Source of the DNA: the human T2T-CHM13v2.0 reference genome, Homo sapiens | DNA: 64,000 bases | Strand: one strand, 5' to 3' | Assembly (NCBI RefSeq): GCF_009914755.1 | Contig: NC_060930.1 | In this document: piece by piece, positions 50,776 through 64,000 of the stretch | Position numbering within the stretch: position 1 is the stretch's first letter | How the letters are laid out: every line of letters begins with the position of its first letter | Position numbers and translations under genes: made by a program | Notes under the pieces: model-generated | Databases searched by the model: none | What the model saw: the letters and a program-made list of their open reading frames with translations, nothing else | What the model was told of the DNA's origin: nothing

Positions 50776-50957
50776 CCCCAAAATTAGAGCTACCATATGA
50801 TCCAATAATCCCATGACTAGGTATTTATCCAAAGGAAGGAAATCAGCATATCAAAGGGATACCTGTACCCCCATGTTTATTGTAGCACAATAGGTCAAGA
50901 TATGGAGTCAACCTGTGTAAATCCAACAGATAAATGGATAAAGAAAACGTGGTGTGT

Positions 50958-50985
50958 ACACACACACACACACACACATACACAC
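50958..50985 (+). repeat. (CA)n microsatellite
   Basis: Visible run. Confidence 0.92.
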
Positions 50986-53900
50986 GAGTACTAATCAGCC
51001 ACAAAAAGGGTGAAATCCTATGCTTGCAGAAACCTGGATGAACTAGAAGTCATTATGTTAAGCAAAATAAGCCAGGCACTGGACAAATACCTTTCCAAAG
51101 TCAAAGGTGAACATTAATCCCATTCTGGTTACTGGACCTTTATTGAACTGACCCAAATAAAAGGTTCCTATATGTTTCTTCAAGCCAGCAGTATCTACAT
51201 ACTTTACTTTAAACCCCGCTTATTTTCTTTTTGGCTGATTTGCCAAAATGTGGTTGACTGATGCATCAAAAATAATACTGTAATCTCTAATGGTATTCCA
51301 AATTTACTGAAATTAATTTGCGTCTTTATTTTCCCCAATTTTTAGCTCCTCTTAATCAAATTTACATGTAACTGGTATAAGTAATTTCAGCTAATTAAAT
51401 GAAGAATAGCAGACTCTCTATTTGTTATAAATTTAATAGTTACGTTAACATGTATTGCTATTTCAATACTTTTATATTTACATAGATAACAACACTATTC
51501 AGCATTAGTTAGTATATGTGAAGGGAACAGTATAAGTATGAAAAACAGCCTACCCCCAAAATATATTTTTAGATACAGGAGAAGTTTATGATTAAGTTGT
51601 ACAATTTTCTAGGGGAAAAACGTTTTATTTTTTTTTTAAATTAACATGGAGAAAGCACCTAAATCATCATGCTTCAAAAGGAAATCACGCTGAAAACAAT
51701 CCAACCACTTACATGTGCCCCTTGACATTGGACTCATATCAGCGGGTAGCTAGCTCACAACTGAAATGACCCATAAATCTTGCAAACCTAGTCTACCTCT
51801 ATACACATAAAAGAGCAAGCTTCAATTGCGTTCTCGAATGACAATAAGTATGTACAATGAAATACGTAATAAACTGAGATCTAGGTGGCTAGCACATTTG
51901 ACGCAACGTGCTCTATTCCATAGACAATTCCATTCTACTTCTTGGTGCATTAAATGAAGTTATTTTCCTTATATACATAGATCTGTATACTCATTAAATA
52001 TAGTGACTTCTGCGAAAAAATTTATTTCTACCCTGCAGTGGAAGCCTAGGAAAACATTAATTTTATGTTACTGAGAGGTACAAACTACAACCTTCTCCTT
52101 AGAACAGGAGGTATAAAAATCAGCCTCCTGGGGTTCTGTTGCTAATTCCTCTGGACGGCTGGGAACTTGATCTAAGCCATTCCACATAACTGGACATCGT
52201 TTACAACTTGTGGGTTTTGTGCAGTGTCTCTGTGCCTTCCTACATGGGGACTCAATCACATAAGCAAGAAATTTCTTTTCCCCAATCACCTAACTCAGTA
52301 CCAGCCAGCTAGATGGCATCTCTCAAGGCACTGTGGTAGAGGCATGGTGGCTGTTACTCATATTACACTTTTCCAATCAGTTGGGTCAATCTGTCTACTC
52401 AGAACATACTAAGTGATATCAGGCACCTGCTATTCTGTGGTGACTGTGAAATACTCTTCCTCACTCTACATGTACAAATCTAGTTTCTTTTCAGAAAACC
52501 AGCAGTTAGTGATAGAAACACCATTCCCAAACCAAAATACATGAGGGTAAACTCAAGTTGGACAGAGTTATCAATATTTTTTAGCTGCAAACATTCCTTT
52601 CATCACCAACACCTGGTGCTCAATGAATGTATCATTACTTGGCTGGTTATATATAAGCCCATCTGTGCAAAAATGGCCAAAAGCCCTCTCGTAGTTGGCT
52701 GGACCTGTGTCCTAAAATACAGGAGCCAGGTAATGACGAGCTTTGATGACCTTCATAACCATGGGAAAGACAGCTGACAGAAATGGTTTATATGGCAATA
52801 ATGTGGAAATAAAGAACCACATATACTGCAAAATATATTAAAAAACATAAAACATATATTATATGGTTATTATATAGCCCTTTTAAATACAATAGTCATC
52901 TTTTCTTTATAGGGATTTTTGGGAAGTATGAGATTTCCCATCTAAGATTTAGTGAGGAAGCAGTAACTATATCACTTATGGATAGTCTATGAATATGAGA
53001 ATAATGAGTTGACTATTTTCAGCCCATTTATCAGCCTTAACTCCTCAAACACACAAAGTAGATACACTGTCATAAATCTTTATTCGTGCTATGATGGTTG
53101 CCAAGAAACGCTTCATTTCTCAGTAAATCATAGTTGGCATGAAGTCATGTGTTGCTAAATATTTTATAACCTCCTCTTATGAACCTGGAAACAATCTATT
53201 AACTACACATATGAAAACCCCCATATATTTGCATGTAAATAAATATTTATTTGTTTTGTCCAATTTCCATCTTTATCTGACAAAGATAAAATGAGTGTAA
53301 CCTCAGCAGGCAATTCACATGTGGCCAGGGCTCCATCCAGTTATCCTAGTTACAGCTTTCTACTCTGGTAGCAGGTAGCTACTGTTTCATTAGCTACAGT
53401 TTGTATATCAGGCTTAGACTGCCATTCCTAAAAAACAACAACATTTATTTACACTTTCAATAAGAGGAAGTTTCAGCGAATTGCCTGGGCTCCAGGAAAG
53501 TCTTGAGAGAATAAAAGATAGTGTAAGAGAAATCCAATCCCGTTATACATACTTGCAGTGTAAATTTGTCATCGGGTCAATTTCCAGTATATTTCCTAAC
53601 CCCCAAAATGCCTCAATATAAATGGGATCTTCAGGGAAATCATACTGTGGAAATAAGTAATTTATGGTGTCAGTTTGTTTCCAAAGATGAGTAGTGTGAA
53701 CTGAGTATGTGTGTTTAGGTAATTTTCCTCACAATCCCATAATCATTTTCTAGTCTTTTGAGAATGAAAAACATTCTACTTTATTTTGTCCTCTTAACAC
53801 ACAAAAACATTTGATAGAAAGATAAGTAGATTCTCAGTAGATTTAGGAAAGGGTGAAGAAGGATTTCTAACAACCGCAACACAGAATTATACACAGCTTG

Positions 53901-54814
53901 CCTCCACCACAAGCGATTCTCCTATAAACCCCTCTTCACACCTCTCAGAATCATTGCCACAGTGAGCTATCAAGTCTCAGCAATAACAACGAACAAAATC
54001 AGTGTCAACTGCTTAGAGAAGAGGCAGTCTGGATAAATGTAAAATTGACAACCTGCTTGGGGTGGGGCGGAGGAGATGTCACTGCAATTGATTTCAGGAA
54101 GTGAACTCCTCTTGTGCCCATCTGGACACTGGACTTTACTGGTGACTGTTGCTGTAACAGCATCATGAAAAAGAGTGACTGTCCCTACCTCGGAATTGCT
54201 CCACAATTCCTGAAAAATAAAAACGTGTCTTGTAGTGAAAAGGTGAAAGCACAAGCAGTGAATCCCCATCTATGCATGAGCAAATATTTCATGGCACATC
54301 CATTTATGCAATGGCATTCATTTTGCATTTCCTATGTGCTAAGCAATGTGCGAGGTCCAAGAGTCACACGAAATAAAGCACAATGCCCGAGCCAAGAAGG
54401 TGGCAAGAGGTGAGGAGTGATTGCACTATGGTGATTGTTAGCTGCAGTGGTAGGCACAGATAGGAATGATGAAATGGAACTACTTTTGTTACCAAGACTA
54501 ATGCACCAAAACATGAATGTGGGAAAACAGGACACTTTGGTCAGCTAATTTCCGCAAACAAGCTTTAGAGGACTTTTTTACTTGATGCATATGGATGCCA
54601 GATTTTAGATTCCACAGACCAAAATAATAATAGCAATAACAATAATAATAAATGATGAACTGAGTTACTAGCAACTTGAAAAATACTGATAATTATATTT
54701 CAAAGAAATACTAATAGTAACAAGATGCTTATATTAATGGTAAAATTAACTATGCGTGAGTTCTTTAGAACAAAATTTTGTTTTAAAGACTTACATTTAA
54801 AGACTTGTTATATT

Positions 54815-57800
54815 TTTCCATCCATCTACTGAAGGACATCTTGGCTGCTTCCAAGTTTTGGCAATTATGAATAAAGTCGCTATAAATATCCATGTGCAGT
54901 CTTTTGTGTGGACATAAACTTTTAATTCATTTGGGTAAACAGCAAGCAGTTAAATTGCTGGATCGTATGGTAAGACTATGTTTAGTTTTGTAAGAAACTG
55001 CCAGACTGTCTTCCAAAGTGATGAGACCATATTGCGTTCCCATCAGTAATGAATAAGAGTTTCTCTTGATTCCCATACTCCCCAGCATTTGGTGGTGTCA
55101 GTGTCCTGGATTTTGGCCATTGTAATAGATGTGTACTGGTATCTCATTGTTTGTTTGTTTTTTTAAATTTTAATTTCCCTAACATGGTAAGACGTTGAGC
55201 ATCTTCTTATATGCTTATTTGCCATGTTTATATCTTCCTTGAGAAGTATCTGTTCAGGTCTTTTGCCCATTTTTAATCAGGTTGTCTGTTTTTGTATTGT
55301 TGAGTTTTTAAAGTTCTTTGTATATTTTGGATGGTAGTTTTTCATTAGAGATGTCTATTTAAATTTTTTCTCCCAGTCTATGGCTTGTTTCATTCTCTTG
55401 ACAGCTGCTTTTCAAAGAGCTGAGGTTTTGTATTGTAATAAAATCCAGCTTATCAATTATTTCTTTCATGGATTATGCACTTGGTATTGTATCTAAAAAG
55501 TTATTACTATACCTAAGGTCATCTATGTTTTTTCCAGTGTTACTTTCTCGGAGTCTTATAGTTCTGCACTTTAACAGTGAGGACTATGAAAGTTTTAATT
55601 TTGTAAGGAGTACAAGATCTGTTTCCAGATTTTTTTTTTTTGCATGTTTGCATCCAGTTGTTCCAATACCATTTGCTGAAAGACTACACTTTCTCCATTG
55701 TATATTCTTTGCTTCTTTGTTAAAGATCATTTGACTATGTATGGGTCTACTTTTAGGCTGTCTATTGTGTTCCATTGATCGATTTGTCTATTCTTTTACT
55801 ATTACCACACTGTTTTGATTACTGTAGTTTTGTATAGTTAAGCCTTAAAATTGGATAGTGTCAGTCCTCTGACTTTATACTTCTATTTCAATACTGCAAT
55901 GGCTAGTCTGGGTCTTTGGCCTCTTCATATAAACTTTTGAATCAGTTTGTTGATATTCACAAGTTAACATGCTGGACTTTTTATTGTGATTGCATTGACT
56001 CTAGATAAAATTGGGAAGAATTAACATTCTGACAATATTGAGTCCTCCTATCCATGAATACGGGCTATTTCTCCATTTATTTAGTTAATTTCTTTCATCA
56101 CAGTTTTGTAATTTTCCTCATACAGATCTTGGACAGTTTTGTTAGTTTACCTAAATATTTCATTTTTAGAGGAGCTAATAATATTTTTAGAGGAGCTAAT
56201 ATGTTATTGCGTTCTTAATCCGAAATTCCACTTGTACATTGCTGGTACAGAGGGAAGCAACTGACGTTTGCACATTAAACCTGTATCCTGCAACCTTGCT
56301 ATAATTACTAACTAGTTCCAGTGTTTGGGGGATTTTTTTGGTCAATTCTTTTGTATTCTCCACATATATAATGATGTCATCTGCTACCAATGATAGTTTT
56401 ATTTCTTCCTTCCCAATTTTATATGTTTTGTTCCATTTTCTTTTGTTCTTGCATTAGTTAGGCCTTCCAGTAAAATGCTGAAAAGGAGTGGTAAGAAATG
56501 ACATTCTTGCATTGTTCTTGATCTTAATGGCAAAGATTCTAGCTTCTCACCATTGAGTATGATGCCCACTGTAGGTTTTTTGTAGATATTCCTTATCAAG
56601 TTTAGAAAGTTCCCCTGTATCTCTAGTTTGCAAATAGCTTTTTTTTTTTTTTTTTTTAAATCATGAATGGATGTTTGATTTTGTCGAATGCTTTTTCTGC
56701 ATCTACTGATATGGTCATTTGATCTTTCTTCTTTAGCCTGCTGATATGATGGATTATATTAATTGATTTTCAAATGTTGAACACCCTTGTAGATCTGTCA
56801 TAGATCTCAGTTGGCTGCATGTTATAATTTTTCAATACATTGATTCGCTCATATTTTATTGAGGAATTTTGCATCTATACGCATGCAAGATCTTGGTCTG
56901 TAGTTTTCTTTTCTTGCAATATCTTTCTCTGTTGTTTGTAGTAGGGTAATGCTGGCTTCATAGAGGGAATTAGAAAGAATTTCTGCAGTTTCATCCTTCT
57001 GAAAGAGATTGTATAGAACTGGTAAAATTTCTTCCTTAAATGTTTTGTGGAATTCACTAGTGAACCTAACTGGAGCTGGTGCTTTCTCTTTGGAAGGTTA
57101 TTAATTCCTGATTCAATTTTTAAGATAGGTACCATTCTTTTCAGACTGTCTATTTCTTCTACTGTGAATTTTACTAGCTGTGCCTTTCAGGGAATTTCAG
57201 CTACATTATCAGATTGTAAATATAGATTTGTTCATAATATTTCTTTATAAGCCTTTCATTGTTCATGAGATCTATTGTGATGTTCTTTTATTTCCAATGT
57301 TAGTAATTTGTGTTTCCTTTCTTACTTAACATGGATAGTCTTATTGATTTTTTAATCTTTTCAAATAACCATTTTTTTTTGCTTCATTCATTTTTCTCTA
57401 TTGATTTCCTATTTTCAATTTCATTGATTTTTTGCTCTAAATTTAATACTTCTCTTCCACCTTTGGATTTAATTTGCTCTTCTTTTTCTACTTTTCTAAC
57501 ATAGAAACTGAGATGATTTATTTTAGGTCTTTTTCTCTTCTAATATATTCATTCAATGCTGTAGATTTCTCAAAACACTGCTTTCACTGTATCCACACAT
57601 TTTAATAAGTTATATTTTCATTTTCATCTGATTTCAAATACTCTTGTGATTTATTATTTGACTCATGTGTTACTGAGAAGTTTGTGTTTAATTTCCACGT
57701 ATTTTGGGATTTTCCATCTGTCTTTCTGTCATTATAGTGTAATTCCACTGTAGTCGAGAGCAAATATTCTATGATTTCTATTCTTTTAAATTTGTAAAGG

Positions 57801-58410
57801 TGGCTGTTTTATGGCCCAGAATGTTCTGTGTCCTGGTGAATGTTTCATGATAGCTTGAGAAGAATATGTATTCTGTTGTTGTTGGTGGTGGAAGTGGTCT
57901 ATAGAGGTCAATTATATCCAGTTGATCAATGGCTGCAATGAGAAAATCCCAGAATCATACAGAAAAACCTTCCCCCAAATTGGGAGGTTGTTGACAAAAA
58001 AAAAAAAAAAAAATTTGGACATGTCCAGTTTGGCGAGTAGATGGGTTATAAGGACTTATATATGAGGACCTCCTGGATGGCAGCAGGACAGCTTTAGAGC
58101 TCCACACCACCTCTTGTTCTTAAACTACTTTTAAGCGAATTTTCTGAATTTTTGTATATTGTGTTTAAGTGCTGAGACTATTTTTCTTGCTAGGTTCTCA
58201 GACACTTTCTAGGATGCTTAGGTTCTCAGGAACACCTGCTACTTGGCTGAGCCCCATAGCCTTGGCTCACTGCCTGGTCTTCAAGGTTTAGGTGGTAGAC
58301 ATATACCCTTGGCTAATGGGTGGGAGACTCATTATGCTACAATGGTGCTGCTGAGTTCAACTATGTCCTTACTGATTATTTACATGCTGAAACTGTCCAT
58401 TTCTGAAAGA
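54815..58410 (-). mobile_element. Old L1M (L1MB/MC-like) ORF2/3' segment, same orientation as PRKN
   Basis: Antisense L1: gaaggacatcttggctgcttccaagttttggcaattatgaataaag; RT-like peptides (VADDIIIYVEN, IYKKPTVGIILNGEKLESLPLRS). Confidence 0.9.
57934..58341 (-). mobile_element. ERVL-type solo LTR nested in L1M
   Basis: TG...CA termini; 5-bp TSD atggc/atggt; L1 sequence resumes seamlessly on both sides. Confidence 0.78.
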
Positions 58411-58831
58411 GGGTATTCGTTCATTTTTATTGCAGTTTACTATATCACTGTATAAATATACCATAACTTGTTTATGCATTGACCTGTTAAAGATCAATTG
58501 GAACACCTCATAATATAGCCTACCATGGTAAATATGCCTGGTGTACTTGTAAAGAATATGTATTCTGCTGTTTTGCACAATATTTTATAAAAGTCAATTA
58601 GGTCCTGTTGATTGGTAATACAGTTTAAATCTTCCATATCCTTAATGATTTTCTACCTATGTGTTCTATTATTGAAAGAGATGTATTGGAATCTGAAACT
58701 TGAATTATGGATTTGTCTTTTTATCTTGCAACTTCAACGTATTCTCACTGCAGCAACTTGTTTCTAGGCCTGAAACACTTAAAGCCTTGGTCTCGTCACA
58801 CAGATAAATTAGGAGTTGATCTGAAAAAGCT

Positions 58832-59263
58832 GGGATTTGGTTTGGATCTGTATCCCCACCCAAATCTCATATTGAATTGTAATCCCCAGTGTTGGAGGTG
58901 GGGCCTGGTGGGAGGTCACCGGATCATGTGGTTGAATTTATCATGAATGACTTAGCACTATCCCACTTGGTACTGTCCTAGTGAATAGAAAGTGAGTGAG
59001 TTCTCACAAGCTCTGGTTGTTTAAAAGTTTGTAGCACCAGCTGCTTCACCCGCTCTTGCTCCTGCTCCTGCTGTGTGAGACACCTCACTTTCCCTTTGTC
59101 TTCTGCCATGATTAGAACTTCTTGAGGCCTTCCCCAAAGCAGAAGTCACTATGCTTCCTGTACAGCCTGCAGAACCATGAGCCAATTAAACCTCTTTTCT
59201 TATAAATCCAATTAACTCTCTTTTCTATATTTCTTTATAGCAGAGCAAGAATGCACTAATACA
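58832..59263 (+). mobile_element. MSTA/MSTB (ERVL-MaLR) solo LTR
   Basis: tggtttggatctgtatccccacccaaatctcatattgaattgtaatcccca...cagaaccatgagccaattaaacctcttttc...ctaataca. Confidence 0.92.
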
Positions 59264-61109
59264 GGCCACCATAGACCTCTGACCAGCAGTTCATATTTGG
59301 TGCTTACTGCTTAATTATTTGCTTGAAGATAATGAGCATTTATTGTTGCAGTAGCAATTAGCAAACTCCTCAACACCAGCGTAGGTAATATAAACATAAT
59401 GATAGCACTGAAAGTTTTCTGAAGATGTCTGTTGCAAAATTGTAGCTTCAGAAAGAAACTAATGAACTCATAGAACTGGGAGCACTTGGAATCCACATGG
59501 AAACTCATTTACCACACTGCAGATGGTATGTCTCCCCTGTGATGAGCAACAGCTTTTGCAAACTGGCTGTTGATCAGGTTCACTTCCTAAGTGGCTCCTC
59601 AGGCTCACGTATGATTACGAATGGAAAGAAAATTTCAAGGAAATAGTGTTGATGTTGGGCTCAGTGGGATAAATTGTATTTAAGAAAAATGTTGAAGATA
59701 ATGCTCTATTTGAATTGGCATTATTTTGCAAAATACTAAACATATACATTTTTCTTTCCATAGGAAAATATTAATTAATTGTCTGTAGGGACACAAAGGA
59801 AGACTTGCCTGTAAAGGCACTTAAATTAAAATGAAATGAATCTCAGAGTAATAGCTTTTGAAATCTGAAGATATGCCTGAAAAAGAAAGCTAATATAAAA
59901 ATCGAGCTAACGTTTAATATTAAATAAGTTAGTACAATTAAGTAAGAAAAAGGGAAATGACAACATATTTCAAGCATGTGCTTCTTCCAGGATAAAGTCT
60001 CAAACTTTGGGGACTTTTAGTTTGGTCTGCATTTGACTCTTTATTGGTAATAAAAGAAATAAAGTATAGGACAATATAGAATACCAGGAAAGTTGTTCAC
60101 ATTGGGAATTTTGTAAGAAATATGTCCAAAAATAAAAACAAAGACTGTTGACTCATAATATATGCTACATGGTAAGACATTTTATCATATCACTAAAAAT
60201 TAAGTCGACCTCTTCACTTTGATTAAGCAGGAGAAATGCTGTAGTGGAAAAGATTCAACTCAACTCTCAAGCCACCTCTGACTCTTGCACATGCTTGCTC
60301 TCTCTCTCTGTCTCTGCAGGACTATTAAATTGGTAGAAAAAAAAAAGGAATGAAACTCTTGAGCCCTTATTTGTGTTCTTGCTTGAGTGTTGACAGCCCG
60401 AATCTATTGCCCTGCCGAGAATGCCTCGGGCTAGAGAGAAAAAAGCCTTCATTCATGATAAAAGCTCCTTAGGCTCAGTTTACTTTTCCAAGTTAGCTTT
60501 AAAGTAGTTGAGATACAGAACTGCAGGGTCTTTGCTAATATATCAAATCTAACCTTTTTTGGGGGGAAAAAAGTTAACTTTAGAAAACCGGTGCTAGATG
60601 TCAGGGTTGGAAGATGGGAAGGAGAAAGGTTGTGTATTATTTCTATTATCTAAATCTATTTAATCCTATAATCTGAGTCCAACACTTGTAGAATTTTATA
60701 GCCATTTGTGAATTTAATATAAAAGGATAGTGTATATATATATATATCTACTCACATTTTATGATGATGGTGACATTGCTAAATTTAAAAAAGCATACTA
60801 AAAATTGCTATCTTATTTGAACAATATTAAGTAAATCTGCATTTCTTAGAATTACTATAAAGTACACGAGAGCTTTGAAACATTTAAAATGAAGTTATAT
60901 ATGTGTGTGATTTTATTTTGTCTAATGACTTGTTTGTTCCATCTTTGTTTCCCATCACTCAGCACTGTTCCTAGCACCCAGCAGTTGCTTGGCGTTTGTT
61001 GATTAAACGACTGACAATTCCTGGGACTTTCAAAGAGTTCCAATTCAATTTCCATTCAATTTAAACACTGAATGGAAAAATTCTCACACCACTAATTGAT
61101 GCTTTTGCC

Positions 61110-61825
61110 CCATATTCTTCCCACAGCAAAATGAGTCTTTCAACAATGTCAACCAGATTCCACATTCAACATTGTGCACTCAATTTAACATTCCACATTG
61201 TAAACCAGATTCCAAATTCAACACTGTAAACCAGATCATATTCTTCCCCTACTGACTATCCTCTAGTGTTCCATTCCACTTGGAAAACACAATCCAGATT
61301 TCTTGCCATGGTCTACAAGACCAACGTGAGTTGGCCCAGTCTGCACTCCACTCCTGTCTGCCCTCTTCAAAGCACTGTCCTCCTTTCAGCTCTTCAGATA
61401 GGCCAAGCTCTTTCTCTGCTTACGATGCCTTGCACTAGCTGTCTCATTAGCCGAGAGAGCTCTGCCCCCTGGTCCTTTGCACACCTGGCTCAATCTTGCC
61501 ATTTGGGGCTGAGTTCAGCATCCTAAAGCAGCCTCCCACCCTTCTCTTATTGTTTGCATGATGACATCCCATACTGATCTCCATCATGGCACTTATTGGT
61601 ACCTAGTATTAACTAAGAAATTTATTTCTCTTGACATACTGCCCCCAATGAACCCCAGAATATAAGCTCCATAAGTCCAGTGGCCCCCTCCTTTTTACAA
61701 CTGTACTCTAGAACTTAGAAGAGCGCCAGGCACATTGTATGGCTTCATTATCTATATATACAGTTAAAAAATTATATATACAAGTAAACAAATGAACCAT
61801 GAATAACTGAATGGATAAATGAATG
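61110..61825 (+). mobile_element. L2 3' fragment
   Basis: aaaccagatcat...aatccagatttcttgccatggtctacaag...aatataagctccat...ccaggcacattgta...tgaatggataaatgaatg. Confidence 0.72.
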
Positions 61826-62719
61826 GGAAATATACTATCAGCCAATATCCAAAAATTATACATATTTAGAAGAACGATGGAAAATGAGCATTTAAAAAAA
61901 CAGTTTTAATTTTGCCTGAAAAAGCAAGGTTGCTATTAGTCATTTTTCAATATTTAATGAAGGGCTGTGCATTTAAAGAAATGTCACTGCTCTCAGGATA
62001 CAGTGCAGTGAGTGGTCATGTTGAAATAACACACAGTAAAAGGTGTCTCATAGAAATTTGACTATATGACGTTTTAAAAAGGCCATGGGGTTCATTCTTT
62101 CATGCTAAGAATTTAGAGAAATATTCACTAACAACAACAATGCAAGTATAATAGCAGACACATTTCAGGCAAGAAATCAAAACTGTTGAAAAAACTTCAC
62201 CGTCCCAGAGTATAATGTGATAGTATGACACATGTTTCTTGAGCTAGGGATAGGGGAAGTTTTGTGAATATACTTCTGAAAATGAAAAACCAAGCTTAAT
62301 GGGCAAGAGTTTTGCAGGGTCTCCAAGTCTAAACTTTAATAGGTACCACTTAAACCGTTGATGGCAGAATCATCAATTAAGTTTTATAGCAGAGCTGAGT
62401 AAGAAATCAATCAACAAAATATTAGTAATCCATCTGCTCATCACAACAAATTCTGGCAGACAACATTATTACCTTAATGATATGATATTGGAAGGAAAAA
62501 AAATAAGGAAAACGGCTTAGCATCTCCCAAAGGCATGCAATATGGTTCCAAATCAATTCGAATTTATAGCTATCCTGAGTTCTCTATAATAACTTCATTC
62601 CACAAACACTAAATTTTGAACACCTTTTTAAAAAGCCAGAATCAATATACATCCAAAACAACCAGGTGCTCTATTTACATGTCATTCCAATACAGCAGAA
62701 TGAAAAGCTTTCATATTCA

Positions 62720-63750
62720 ACCCAAGTTTGAAAATTATAGCTGTGGATATATTTTCAGATGTCGCTAGGGGAGCATTTATAAGATACCACACACTTAAGC
62801 AAGATACTAAAATAATAAATGAAGTTCAACTGAAAAAACTGCAAAGGGATAAGAGGCATAACTGGATTACCTAAGACCAAAAAATTGAATTCCTCCTGAG
62901 GGTATCCAGGAAAGCTGAGCTGCAAAGTTTACTATGAAAATTCCTGTAAACTCTCAGGAGACTATAGAAGTCAAGAAATTAGAGAAAGATGCACATATAT
63001 GTGTATGAACATTTGGCACCAGATAGTGAGACACGGAGACGTGTGCTTGGAGGCAGAATGCCTGCTATTTGTCTCTTCAGCCCCATTTCCCACCATTCTC
63101 CACCTGCTTCGTGCCCCGGGGGCCCCAGGACGCTACCCTACATGGGCTACATGAGCTTCTTACTGATTTTGGTCAATTGGTAGCAGCTACAAAAGAAAAT
63201 GGAGAAAGAGGTAATTATTCCTCAGGCCTCACTAAGTACTCAAGCCAAGGCTGAGAAGAGAACAGTGTATCGAAATGCATCATGTTCAGTGTTGTTACAC
63301 AATCATTTACCACCAGATAGAAGCTGCAGCAGGAACTTGAACAAAGTCTGGTGGTTAATGAACCCCAGGAGAATCTGGAAAAGCTAAGGGTATCACACCT
63401 CAGTTATCAGTCTTCCTTGGATTTAAAACAAAATTCTGTATGGAACACTTCCCAATTTAAAATAAAAGGAAATAGACCATGAGAATAGAAAAATACATCC
63501 TGAGAACTTATTATATGAGAAAAAGACACCATGGCCCCAGTGAATTAGATCCTGGCATTAGAATAGGAATATTATTTATTTAGCCTTACAATATTTGAAG
63601 GGGATTTTAACAGGAAAGATAAAGGAATATGACTACAGTAGAGAAAAATTTAACAGTCTTTGAGAACCAAAGGAATCTGGCTGGATACCCTTGTAAGAGT
63701 TATGTGGGTTCAGGAGCAAAATAAACTATGTAAAAAGGATCATAAACAGG
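62720..63750 (+). mobile_element. Very old L1M 5'/ORF1-like fragment
   Basis: A-rich L1-like composition; only weak recognition. Confidence 0.4.
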
Positions 63751-63758
63751 TGACGTGT

Positions 63759-64000
<242 letters not shown>

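Larger units (their letters stand above)
44060..51090 (+). mobile_element. Old near-full-length L1 (L1MA/L1M1-2-like): repeat-array 5'UTR, decayed ORF1 and ORF2, 3'UTR absent
   Basis: ORF1-like peptides (ESLFNKIISENFSSLARDLDIQIQ), endonuclease start (TSNVNGLISPIK), RT-region peptides ([26 protein letters not shown]) and [13 protein letters not shown]; many frameshifts and stops. Confidence 0.92.

Noticed and set aside
51860-51912. bZIP/HRE-like motifs (atacgtaat, tgacgcaa, acgtg)
   Set aside because: Short motifs expected by chance; no supporting evidence from sequence alone.

Overview
Human (primate) genomic DNA inside the very large parkin gene PRKN (PARK2, 6q26, common fragile site FRA6E), transcribed on the minus strand. 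The only host coding sequence is the 116-nt exon 6 (28086-28201, minus strand; [39 protein letters not shown], parkin E207-R245), which the ORF track misses. Coordinates below it are intron 6 and above it intron 5. The rest is repeat-rich intron: about 30 Alus, a young 5'-truncated L1HS-Ta1 with an exact TSD, a 134-bp L1PA with a micro-inversion, two old multi-kb L1M elements, several solo LTRs, MER2/5/20/58 DNA transposons, and L2/MIR relics. Nearly all ORFs in the track are Alu/L1-derived or chance. I found no convincing new biological system. The most notable observations are: (i) a 43-bp tandem duplication that gives exon 6 a second, decoy splice donor; (ii) a ~260-bp templated insertion with iterative junction filler inside an LTR; (iii) the probably polymorphic L1HS-Ta1; and (iv) several small template-switch-type scars. 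Repeat subfamily names are from recognition by eye and need RepeatMasker/Dfam confirmation.
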